Part shown: positions 25,133 to 36,765 of the stretch, piece after piece
Layout of the letters: every line of letters starts with the position of its first letter
Position numbering within the stretch: position 1 is the first letter of the stretch
Assembly (NCBI RefSeq): GCF_027921745.1
Contig: NC_079239.1
Span: forward strand, 3,286,001-3,350,000
DNA: 64,000 nt
Reading direction: 5' to 3'
Source: Schizosaccharomyces osmophilus
Lineage: Eukaryota
The notes under the pieces: generated by a model
The model's database searches: none
Told to the model about the DNA's origin: nothing
Seen by the model: only the letters and a program-made list of their open reading frames with translations
Program-made: the position numbers and the translations under genes

Positions 25133-25581
25133 GGCTGGTTAAATAAACAAACGTCTTGTCGTTGCTTACTTTCTTTCACATCTTTCTTCAGTTTGTCCAA
25201 AAATGGTCGACCAGTTGGAAAGTAAAGTAGGCGTTTGTGCTGTACAGTGTACAGCAAAAACTTTTGTTTATTTAATTTCCACTAATGGCTTCCTAAAACT
25301 AGCGTTATGGCTGACAATAGTAATTAGCCAGCCTTTTTTTGTATTTCTATGTGAGCATTCGGCGCATGCCAGCCACCGACTCTAAATTCAGAGATGCCTA
25401 ACAAGCCCAGTCCAAAAAGGAGAATTGTATATAAGATGAAATCAGGGGCTACAAAGGGTTCTGTAGATTAAATCTAATCAGCTCGCTGGCGGAGCTGGAT
25501 ATTTCTTTGTTGAAGTAGTGACAAAGAATTAGAGACAAAGAAAATCTATAGAACCCCTTGGGATTAAATTGTATTCCAGCC
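25133..25581. promoter_or_regulatory. Ace2-type CCAGCC sites upstream of agn1
   Basis: GGCTGG at 25133 and CCAGCC at 25328, 25369 and 25576. Confidence 0.65.
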
Positions 25582-25608
25582 TTACTCTATCATTTCACTT
25601 CAAGCAAA

Positions 25609-26883
25609 ATGAAATTTATACTATTTGTCGCTCTGCTGGTTATGAGTTTCACTAGCCTGGTTCAGGCTAGCAAGTTGGTTGTCGCACACTTCATTGTTGG
25701 AAACACATACCCATATACCGTTGAAAATTGGGAACAAGACATTAAGGATGCTCATTCAGCAGGAATTGATGGTTTCGCTTTAAACTTAGGTAGTGATGCT
25801 TGGCAAGTCGAGCGTATCAGTGATGCCTACGAAGCAGCTGCTAGCGTATCTTCAGATTTTAAGCTTTTCTTATCCTTTGATATGACCGTTATGCCAGCAA
25901 ATTCGGATTACATTGAAGGACTAGTGAGAAGATTTGCTAACAGCCCTAATCAATTATGGTGGGATAACAAAGTTTTTGTTTCGACCTTTTCTGGTGAAAG
26001 CGACTTTTTCGGATACTCAGATGTTAGTACCGGATGGAATTCTGCTATAAAGGAACCACTAGAATCTGCCGGATATCCTATTTTCTTTGCTCCAAGTTGG
26101 ACTTCCTTGGGAGGAGGAGCTTTACAACAAAGCGTAACCGATGGCTTTGTTTCCTGGAACACATGGCCTACAAGTTCTGCTGATATGAATGCTAATGATG
26201 ACCACTATTACAAGCAATTAGCGAATTCTTTGGGTAAAATTTACATTGCACCTATTTCACCATGGTTTTATACCCACTTAGCTTATAAAAACTGGGCTTA
26301 CAAAAGTGACTGGCTCTATATGGATCGCTTGCAAGAAATGTTGGATGTTCAACCTGATATGATTGAGGTTTTGACCTGGAATGACTTTGGTGAGTCTCAT
26401 TATATCGGTAAGGTCCAAGGTGCTTTACCTTATGGATCTGAGGATTATGTTCAAGGCTTTGATCACACTGCTTGGCGCCTTATGATGGCTCCATATATTG
26501 CTGCTTATAAAGATGGAGCAACTAAACCCTATATCAACTTTGAGTCTCTCTTTTACTGGTATAGACCTACTTCGAAGTACAGTGTACCTACTAAGGATAG
26601 TGTTGGTTATCCTTCTGGCGGTGATTATGATGAAGACAAAATTTTTGCTGTAGTGTATCTGCTGCAGTCTGCTGAAATCACCATCTCGTGCGGTGAAAAC
26701 AGCCAAACTTTCACTGGCAATGCAGGTGTTAACCGTGTTTCTATAAACATGGTTCCAGGCTCTAGTCCTAGATTCAGTGTTTCTCGACAAGGTAATGAAA
26801 TGGCTTCACAAACTGGACCTAAAATCGAGGGAACGACTTCTGTTTATAACTTCAATGCCTATACTGGCACGTTGTTTTTTTAA
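25609..26883 (+). CDS. agn1: Endo-1,3-alpha-glucanase, GH71, secreted
   Basis: Signal peptide MKFILFVALLVMSF..., VVAHFIVGN, GIDGFALN, LTWNDFGESHYIG and YNFNAY. Confidence 0.93.
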   Translation: MKFILFVALLVMSFTSLVQASKLVVAHFIVGNTYPYTVENWEQDIKDAHSAGIDGFALNLGSDAWQVERISDAYEAAASVSSDFKLFLSFDMTVMPANSDYIEGLVRRFANSPNQLWWDNKVFVSTFSGESDFFGYSDVSTGWNSAIKEPLESAGYPIFFAPSWTSLGGGALQQSVTDGFVSWNTWPTSSADMNANDDHYYKQLANSLGKIYIAPISPWFYTHLAYKNWAYKSDWLYMDRLQEMLDVQPDMIEVLTWNDFGESHYIGKVQGALPYGSEDYVQGFDHTAWRLMMAPYIAAYKDGATKPYINFESLFYWYRPTSKYSVPTKDSVGYPSGGDYDEDKIFAVVYLLQSAEITISCGENSQTFTGNAGVNRVSINMVPGSSPRFSVSRQGNEMASQTGPKIEGTTSVYNFNAYTGTLFF

Positions 26884-27394
26884 ACTGATGTTCACTACTC
26901 AGCTGAGTTTATACTATAAAATGACTTTTCATTGAGATGGTTTTGATTTTTTATGTTTTCCTTTGCTCCTAATGCAGATGTTTGCTGCTCATCCTTTATA
27001 AAGGAATTTATACATATTTTTCGCCATTTCTTTGCTGACATGATACCTTTATTTATAACCCGTCCGAGAACTAAGAAGTTCTTATTAAATGTGTCGGGAT
27101 ATAGATACCAATCGTGACTTTCCCTCATGTTTTTGATTGTTCATTTCTGGACTATGCTAATACACACCTCCCTCGTTAATGTTCATCCTATAGAATGCAC
27201 CATCTCTTTTTCCTCTTTTTTGTTCGGCTATTAGAATTTATACTTTTGTTTATAGAATAACTAATTTAATCAATTAGATTTTTCATCAGAAAATCCAAGA
27301 ATCATTTCGGGGTAGTAATCTAATATGCCGTATTTATATATCTGTTTATGTAGTAAAAGAGGCAAAAAAGAGCAAGCCTTATTCATCAATATAA

Positions 27395-28436
27395 TTACTT
27401 TAAATGTTGTAATAACTTAAAAAGGAGAAAGCAGCAGACTATAATACGAAACAGAAATCCGATTATTAAAGCCAGCTTTAAGTACTTATAGTATCCTTGA
27501 AGTGTTTTGAGAGCCCAATTGCCTTGGGGGTATTTGCTAGACATATTTCTTTTGTATTTCCATGATATGATATTTGTAATAACTCGAAAGTCGTACTGCT
27601 GAAAGTAAGGTAAAGTCCATATGATACAGGATTTCGCAGAAGAAGGGGAAAAGTAAACAAATAAGTCGACGAATATGCTGTGTGTAATACCCCATAGCAA
27701 TGGTCGTTTGTCGACGGGAAGCTGAGAAGCTGGTGAATCAATATGAGGTTCTAAACGTATCGCTGAATAGTACAATTTACCAACAAAGAATTGCAAGAAA
27801 GGCTCTAAAGAAGGTAAGGTATGACTTGCAATAGCCCGAGAAGGATCAACTTTTATACGAGTAAAAAATGTTGGGCGCAAAAGATCGCTGAGATGGATCC
27901 ATTGGGCAGAAAACACTTCAGTTTCATCAAGGCGGAACTCACAAAGCTTGGGTAATACAAAAACTAAAAAGAAAACAGATAGTTAGAATAGTCGTTTATC
28001 GAGAAAAGATGCACGTACCAAAAGATGAAAGCACTAGTAAAGGAGTGCTACCCCAGTTAGAAGAAATAACTCGTTCATCTAGAGAACCGGCAAGATATGC
28101 CCCTTGCTCGCAAAGATCAATACCAACTTCTTCTCTTGTTTCTCGTATAGCAGTGTGAACATCGGATTTATCATCTACTTCACGAACGCCACCAGGCAAA
28201 GCGACATGACCAGACCATCGATCTGTTTCACGAAAAGATCTCTGAATTAGTAGGACATGAGGCGTTACACTAGAAGGAATTCGATGGATCCAATTCGGGG
28301 TAGATGTTGTTTGAGGAGGGTCTGTTGCAAGAATCACAGCAACGGATGCTCGTTTTTTGAGTCCGTTTGTAACTGAAGCCGGCGTCTTCTGTCCCAAAAT
28401 CTGCAAGCCTGTAAGTAGATCTAAGTCAAAATTCAT
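27395..28436 (-). CDS. Nudix hydrolase, CoA-pyrophosphatase-like; exons 28436-28019, 27963-27395
   Basis: [10 protein letters not shown] followed by the Nudix box [29 protein letters not shown] motif; C-terminal TM segment; intron GTACGT...CTAAC...TAG. Confidence 0.87.
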
Positions 28437-29104
28437 TTTAGAGCATTAATAGACGTAAATAAACATAAAATAGACAGATTTTCTTCTGGTTAACTTCTAT
28501 CATTCAAATACAAGAGACACATATACAGCCTCTGTTTTTCTATTCGAATTCGTTATGATAAACAGAAACAGATAAGTTCAGAAACGATTGCAAACTGTAA
28601 GTACGTTTTAAGCTAAGGTAATTAGTAATCCTCGCACAGTACTGTCAATAAGTCTTTGTCTTTGTCGGAATTGGTTAAAGACGCAGAGCTCAAGATGGGT
28701 TTCTGGTATGCAACGTAATTACGAGAGTCAGTAAAAGTCAAAATAAACGCATCAATGGAAGCCTAAATTCAACTGAAACGATTTTACAGAAAATGAAAAT
28801 GATAGAAGTATACACGACGTAAAAATATACCTTTCGAAAAGACCGCTAAAACCTTGAATTTCTTCAAACCTTTTTACGTTCCAAGCTACATAATTCTACA
28901 TAAAAGGTATATTTTTTAGCAATTATTTGGCAACAAAAGGCATTTTATTATTCTATGCTTGCTTGTTTATTTCTTTTGGTGTACCTTTATGGTGGTGATG
29001 CTTATCACTTACACAGGCTTACTACAACTCACTAAATGAATTCAGGTATGTTTGTAATGACTGAAACACAACCATTCACTGCCAGATTCTAAGTCGATTA
29101 AACA

Positions 29105-31431
29105 ATGCGTTTTACTGACAGTTTGGAGGCTGGTATTTATCAACCATGGAGGGAACATTACATGGATTATGTGAATCTGAAGCACTTACTGAAGGCGGAT
29201 GAAGAATCTCCTGTATGGGGAGAAAACGATGAATCGCGTTTCGTATCTGCTCTAGACGACCAGTTGGAAAAGGTAATGCTAAAAAAATTGAATAGAAGGA
29301 AAGGAGCGGTTCATTGTATCTGAACATTCAACTGCTTCTTTGAAGAAGCCTTGTTGAGAGTCCTTGAAATACATGAATACTAACATGATAGGTATCTTTG
29401 TTTCATCAGAAGATTTGGAATGATTTAAATGAATCACTGACTGGTGTTGAAACCAGTTATGACTCTTCTAACGAATTTACCGACGAAACTATAACAAACG
29501 AGGACCGTCTGAAACTATTAGAGCAATTGGACTCTTGTACCGATTTGGTTAAGAGACTGGAAAAATACACCAGGTTAAATCTTACTGGATTTTTTAAAAT
29601 CGTAAAGAAGCATGATAAACTACACAGCGAATATTCTCTTCGGCCTCTATTGCAAGTTAGATTACGTGCCTGCTCCTTTGGTAATGTTCAGTATAATCCA
29701 ATATTGGCTCGCATTTTTTCTCTTTACAACCCGCTTCGTACAAGTCTTAGTGGTGGTCAATCTCTATCGATCCCTCACCGTCATATTCATTCTTCAGATG
29801 AAAACATATATCGTAGACGAACATATCGCTTTTGGGTGCATCATGACAACCTCATGGAAGTGAAAACATTTATAATGAGGCGCTTGCCTGTTTTGTATTA
29901 CTCCGGTAAGCATGGTTTTGATCGAGACCGTTCAGCTGTGTCTGGTATACTTGATCCGATTTCAACTTGTCTTTATTTTGATAATCCCAATTTCGATCTT
30001 TATACCCAAAACTTGGAACGATCTGAACGAGCTTTTTCATTGCGCCTTCATTGGTATGGAAAGTTGAATCCAAAAACCGACATCATAGTAGAACGTATGG
30101 TGCGCGAAGGCAGCAGTTTGTCTCATAGTGAAGACCGTTTTGTTTTACGCGAGAAGAAAATTAATGACTTTCTGAAAGAAGCTTATGACCCTGATGAAAA
30201 AAAGAGTAGAGACGATACTACTGAAGCTTCTGATTCTACTCATAAAAAACAGCTTACGGAAGATGTCCAAAAGCTCATTGGAGAGTTTAATTTACAACCC
30301 GTATTAAGATCCGTTTATACCCGTACGGCTTTCCAGATTCCTGGTGATGATTCTGTGCGCGTTAATTTAGACTCGGATTGGGTAATGATTCGCGAAGATT
30401 CTTTTGATCAAGAGCGACCTTGTCGTGATCCTGTCGATTGGCACAGACATGATATTGACGACGCCGACTTTCCTTATAAGCACCTTCGTAAGGGTGAACA
30501 TTTTCGATTTCCCTACAGCGTACTGGAAATTCGAGAGTGCTTAAAACCAGATGAAGAGGAGCCATTATGGGTCTCTGAGCTTCGGGGTTCTCATTTAATA
30601 TCAGAAGTTGATGGATTCTCTAAGTATGAGCACGGAGTAGCTGTTTTGTTTGAAAGGCATGTCCCACTTTTGCCGATGTGGTTATTTTCTATGGAGCAGG
30701 ATATTAGAAAAGATCCTCGATCTACCTACCCGGTTTCGAAAGATGATTCCAATTCAAGTAATATCTACGTCAAACGAAGAGACGAAACTATTTTTACTGA
30801 TGAATCACCACCGAAGTCTACTAAAAAGACACCGGTCGTTTCGCGACGCTCGCAAGCGTCTAATGCTCAGATGGCAGCGCCGCAAATCCAACAATTTAAG
30901 CATCCTCATGGAGATCACTTTAATTTTAAAAGTATTCCTGGTTTGTTAAAACCGTCTACCTATGGCTCAATTTATCGTCCTGGCAAAACCTATACGACAC
31001 CCCCTCATATCCAGAAGCCGGAAATTCCTCTTCGGGTCAGTGGTCCTGTTAAAGTAGAGACTAAAGTCTGGCTTGCTAATGAGCGGACATATCTTAATTG
31101 GCTTCACGTTGTTGTTCTGTTTGGTTCCTTATCATTGGCTTTATTTAACAGCGCCGGTGAGAAAACGGGGCGTATTTTTGGTAGCATTTACGTGCTGCTT
31201 GCCGTTTTCATGGGTTTTTATGCTTGGAGGCTTCACGCTAAGCGTTGTAATCTGATTATGACTCGTAGTCCTGCTCCTATGACTGAATATTGGGGTCCCT
31301 TATTTGTTGGTGTTGCTTTGGCTATTTCACTGATTGCTAATATGGCATTTGCGTTAAGAGGAGCAGTTCACCGAAATTTAATTGAAGATGATCATGTTCT
31401 TGTGAAAATCTTTTGCAAGCAGTTTTCTTGA
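29105..31431 (+). CDS. vtc2: Vacuolar transporter chaperone Vtc2/3 (SPX, VTC and DUF202 TM domains); intron 29273-29391
   Basis: SPX motifs (MRF...YMDYVNLK, NLTGFFKIVKKHDK), VTC domain (YTRTAFQ, FSKYEHG) and KVWLANERTYL before three TM segments. Confidence 0.9.
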
Positions 31432-32059
31432 AAATTATGATGGTGTTATAGAAATGATCTTGATTATTTTTGGATTTTTGATTCATAATTGTAGCCATTC
31501 ACCAGATTTAATGCGTGCGACTCCATAATTTCGCGTTGTCCATAAATACTATTTATTTTGTGATTGTTTAATAATACGTTCTGGGTTTGCTAACGATGCT
31601 TACTTTAGTAAGTGCTATAATGAATAAAAGCTAATATTGCTAGCGCATAAAAACTTCTGTTTTGTAGGTATCTATCATTAAATCTATAAATTTTGGATTA
31701 ATACAGAGTAAGGTAAAAAGAGTGAAGAAGGATATCGTAAGCTCACATTAATGATGAATTGTGACTCAGGGACTTCTCCATGAAAGAAGTTAATTGATTA
31801 CAAAAGGAAGGTAAACATTTTTAAGGAGAAAGAGGTAGTTTTAAAGGAGGGACTTGGTACGGAGAAACAAAGGATGGTTTCCGTATTCGTTAGGTCAAAA
31901 AGAACGTATGAAATTTTTAAATGCAAATGAAAATGCCAAATTCCAAAAAAATAATATGAAAATGAAAAGCAATAAGAAATAGCTTAAGGGAATGGGAAAT
32001 CGGTTTGGTCCACATAGCAAGATATGACAGAGGAAATTAAAGGCAAGCTGTTGAATTAG

Positions 32060-32992
32060 CTAATTATCGAAAAATCCTTCGTCATGAAAAGCTTTCCACA
32101 ATCGACTAGCTTTATTAACATCAACGCGACTTGCGCGTTGAGCATCTGTTTTACGAAAACTTAGACCTTGAGAACGACGATTGTGCCATTCGGCAAAAAT
32201 ACGACGCTTGTTGTCTAAATAGATAAGACAGGGAAGGCGAAGAGTGGCTGCAAGTTGTATTTCGGCTGGATGGAGAAGATGTCGATGTTCGTCATTAGAC
32301 AAATCAAGAGGTGGACCTTTCCATTCACTACGCAAAGGGCGAGAATGTGCTCTTTTATCAAGGGTGGACATGTCTGGGGAATAATCAGGAAGCATTTCAA
32401 AAGGGGTATTAGCAACGTCAAGTACCTGACTAGTAGAAGAAAATTCTCGGCTGGATTGTTTAAATCTAGTAGTCATTGATTTTGAGTAAAAATGGCTTCT
32501 AGAGGAGGAAGAGACAGGTGTAGTAGAGCGAGATTCCGAGAAATCAGGCGAAGCCCTTGGGGTTTCTGCGACGACTTTTGATTCAACCGTAGCGGAGGTG
32601 GTACTAACCATTCGGCGAGGACGTTTAGCGGGAGAAGAAGACGCAGGGGTGACAGTAGGTAAATGACGGTGTAGCCAATGTCTTTCCCTAAGAAGCCAAG
32701 CTCTGGGAGAGTTCTGGTAGGCCCTGTACACTTGCGAAGTTAACTGAGCACCAGATGAAGATGTTGGCCGCTGGTTAGAAATAGTGACAGCTTGTTTAGA
32801 AGGTGTGGTTGGTCGACTACATCGAATTACATCCCCATTGTCTGACAAAATACTAGGAGAAAGCGGTGAAGGAGGAAAAGATATGAGATGTTGATAGGAT
32901 TTCATCGCAGAAGAACAAACATCTTTGTCCAAAGATTTCGCCAGCGACGAGTTGGAAGAGACAACACTGGCGCTAGTAGATGGGGATTGCAT
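32060..32992 (-). CDS. laf1: SWIRM-domain Clr6 complex subunit (Laf1/Fun19 family)
   Basis: C-terminal WKGPPLDLS.D....LLHPAE..LA..LRL....YL..KRR...F.KTDAQRA.RVDVNKASRLW. Confidence 0.8.
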   Translation of the reverse strand: MQSPSTSASVVSSNSSLAKSLDKDVCSSAMKSYQHLISFPPSPLSPSILSDNGDVIRCSRPTTPSKQAVTISNQRPTSSSGAQLTSQVYRAYQNSPRAWLLRERHWLHRHLPTVTPASSSPAKRPRRMVSTTSATVESKVVAETPRASPDFSESRSTTPVSSSSRSHFYSKSMTTRFKQSSREFSSTSQVLDVANTPFEMLPDYSPDMSTLDKRAHSRPLRSEWKGPPLDLSNDEHRHLLHPAEIQLAATLRLPCLIYLDNKRRIFAEWHNRRSQGLSFRKTDAQRASRVDVNKASRLWKAFHDEGFFDN

Positions 32993-33225
32993 ATGGAAAT
33001 CGTTTCAATTTATATTTGCAAAAATATGTACCAAAAAATAATAATATAAAAAGCCAGAAAATGAACAGTAAGTTAAAGCCAAAACAAAAAACAAAAATAA
33101 AAATAAAAATAAACCCAAATTAAACCAGTATAACAACCTATGAACCAAGAACCAAACCACAAAACACAACGTTTAGAGTTTATGCGACTGCAATTCCATT
33201 ATTTAGTTTGCTTATTCAGGAAACG

Positions 33226-33839
33226 TTTGTTTACATACCTATAAGAACTGCATTCATAACTCTTAAAGCCCAAGATACGTATACAAACTGGTGACAACAG
33301 ATGCTGTCACTACCTTTGAAAAAGAGTAGTCCTGTTTTCTCCAAAGGGTAGGGTATGTGAGATTCAAACTCCAAAAGCAAAGCAACATTAAAGACCAAGA
33401 ATTATACAAACTATATATTAATATATTTATATATCATATATATTACTATTTGCGCCTATATAAGTTTCAAAGAGAGTAGCTGGCTTCTTGAAAAGGAAGC
33501 CCTTTGAGGGTCTTATAGACACAATATCTACCGTAAATGATTGTTCTTGAGCATGCATTATCTTTCATTTTATTTCTTTTCATTGTAAAATCCTGTAGAG
33601 TGAGGTTTCCTTAGCTTGGACGCAGCATCGCAAGCACAAGAGACCCTCTTTAGCTTTTTGTTTATTTTGTTGATGAATTCCAAATAGTATAATAATTAGT
33701 AATGAAAAAGATATGAAGAAAACGGTACTTTCAGTCATTTGTATTGGCTTGAACTTGAATATGAGTTTTTTTTGTCAATGTAAACAAACGCGAACAAAAA
33801 TACATAAAACGACGCAAAGCTATAATAAACAAGTAAACA
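33226..33839. promoter_or_regulatory. Forkhead/FLEX motifs in the laf1-rad17 divergent intergenic region
   Basis: TTTGTTTAC at 33226, GTAAACAAA at 33780 and GTAAACA at 33833. Confidence 0.4.
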
Positions 33840-34465
33840 CGACTAAAATCAATAATTGCAAAAGTAAATCTCTAATCAAACGTCTAGTCGATGAAATATT
33901 ATGTTGTTGATTTTTTTTTTCTCATAGTTTTTAATGTTTACATCGGTTTTTCGTGAGTAAAATCTAGGAACAGACTTAAAGGCCTCTTTCCTTCCAAGCT
34001 GCTTATCGATATGTTGAATTCAATTCAATTCTATTTATGTATTACTTATTACATATGTATTTCTCTGCTCTGAATACAGCAGCAACAACTGATTTGCTTG
34101 GGAATTTTCTACTATTCTCTTTTATAGAATACCTACCTTTATAGAAATACCTAAATACTTTTAGAAATCGCATCGGTATTGAATGTCAATTTTCATAAGA
34201 AATCCCTTTCTATTGTTCAACCTTTTTTCCTTTAAATACTGAATACTGAAGGGAAAAGGAACATTTTGTATATTTCAAACCTTTCACACCTTGACGGTGT
34301 TATTTTGGATACCCAGTTTTATATGAAAGGATTGTAACTGTCAGGAATTGAACCTGTAATTTTTTCTTTTATCAAATTCGTTTCTCACTGTACTATAATT
34401 TGGCTCTTTATTGACCTGTTCCAAGTGCTCGAGTTGGAATAACTAATCATCACGTTCCTCTTGGC

Positions 34466-36325
34466 ATGCAACGGCGATCGTCGTTACGTGGAAATACCAA
34501 AAACCCTTTAAGTAAATCAAAGAGAAAGGGAAAACAATATTCTATTGAATTTTCTTCTCAAAATGCCAAGCGACGCCGAGATACCCGTACTTTGCCGGAT
34601 GAAGAAATTGAAGCCATATCTGATGAAGAATCTACGCCTATAAGCTCCGATTCGTCCTGTAAGTAAAGTGTTTTATGATTTTGCTAACATTATTCAAAAG
34701 TTTTATGGTTTGAGAAATACCAACCTACAGAGTCATCTGAACTAGCCGTACATAAAGGCAAGGTCAATGCTATTCGACAATGGATGTCGGAAAGTATTTC
34801 TCATAGTGTAAGATATTTGACATATCTACTTTTACTAACATAATTCAAGCGTTTACTTGTATTGTCCGGCCCTCCCGGATGTGGTAAAAGTATTACCGTT
34901 CGTCTTTTAGCGCACGAGATGGGTGCTAGCCTTGTTGAATGGTCGAATCCGATGGACACAAGATTTAAAAATAATCAAGAGCATGATCATGATCAGTTTT
35001 CACTGACAGAAAAGTTCCAACGTTTTATGTCTTTAGCAGAAACGTATCCTGAATTGGAATTATGTTCAACAACAAAAGCTCCGAAAAAGAAGGATCCTTC
35101 AAAAGTCAAAAAATTTATTCTTTTAGATGAATTACCATATTTATCAAAACAAACTGGCACGCTACAAATGTTTCAGGAGGTCCTGCTTTCCGCTTTACAA
35201 TCTAGAGGCTCATATTCTATTATTCTAGTCCTGACAGAGACTAAGCAAATTAATTCAGAGGGAAATAACTTCCAAGAAAAAGAATTGAATTATGGAACAC
35301 AAATCCTTGGCCCTGAATTACTAGAGCATCATCATGTTTCCATCATACCAATGAATCCGATTGCTACAACGTTTATGAGGAAAGCAATAGATAACATATT
35401 AAAAAAGGAAAAAATCCCAATTCAATCCAAAAGTTCTCCATTTATTCAAGAGTTAATAACCGCTAGCGAAGGTGACTTAAGGAATGCCCTGAACGCTCTT
35501 CAGTTTTATTTACCTAAAAAGAATCGGCAAAGCCATTCTAATGGAAACAACAAAAAATCTAAGAACCAGTTGGAAGTATCTATAGAAGCCTCCGAAATGC
35601 TGGATAGGATTGCTAGTAGTAAAGATTCCCTCTACTCTGCAATGCCAACTATTCAATATAAACAGGAGGATAATGATGATAAACGAAAAGAGTTTCAAAA
35701 GGATATCGGTTTAGGAATGTTGCATGCACTGGGAAAAGTCGTCTGGAATAAACGAGAAGGAGACGATGAAATACTCTCATCAAAGTCTGAAACGCCGCCC
35801 AATCTCCCATACGTGAAAGAAGAGCACAAAAAATTAGGACATGAATGTGAGTTATTTGGTTTGGTTTCAGAAACGAACGCCGTAGAGAAACGCCCAAGTT
35901 TGGTAGACATCAAGACAACGATTGAGCAGGCAGGCCTTTCAGGATCCATGTTTCGTTATGGTATTTTTGAGAACTATACTGACTCCTGCCTAAATCAGAT
36001 GGAAGCCCATTCTGTATCTGATATTCTGAGCTTCGCTGACACTATGGCAATTGATTACCCGTATTCATATCGAGCCGACGAAATGTCTCTGTGGTTTGCT
36101 ATCCAAGGCACCCTATGGTACCTTCCATCACCAGTTCCTCGAAAATGGAGACAGCTTAAATTCCGTAGATGGCGAGAAGAGGATATTCCCAACAAGCCTT
36201 TAGATGACTATTTGGCTATTTACGGAAAATCCTCGACAATTGATCATGTTCAAACGCTCATTAACAATGAAAACCAAGCCTTAGAAGACCCCGACGACCC
36301 TATTGAAGATGATGATCCTACTTAA
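34466..36325 (+). CDS. rad17: Checkpoint clamp loader Rad17; exons 34466-34658, 34701-34807, 34850-36325
   Basis: Spliced LWFEKYQP...ELAVHKGKV, Walker A GPPGCGKS, LLDELP, GDLRNA, LHALGKV and an acidic tail. Confidence 0.92.
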
Positions 36326-36765
36326 CGAATTTGATTTATGGTCACAACCCAACTTATGAAACAAGTTACAGTATAGAAGAAAAATCTTCTAGCCACGATA
36401 GAATAGGTTTAATTTTTTTTTTCCTTTAGTTGTTTTATACTCTAATGTCTCTTATGTCCACTTCAACCGCAACAAACATATCTATCAAGCCTTCCTTCAA
36501 TTAAAAATTAGAAACAATAAAGAGTTTTTATATCATTTTTTTAGGTTTTTTACTTTTACTGCTTTATATTTTGAAGGATCCTGGTAATTTCTATTCAGGA
36601 TATCGAGTAACATACCGTGGTTTCATTTCCACTTCTGTCACTTAGGGTTCTTTTACAGGGTTCGGGTTTCTGGGTTTAATAATGTTACTTACACCTGGTA
36701 AACCAAACGCTTCCTCTCCTCCTCTCAGTTTAAGCAAACAGTAATACTTTCATTTACTCACGAAA

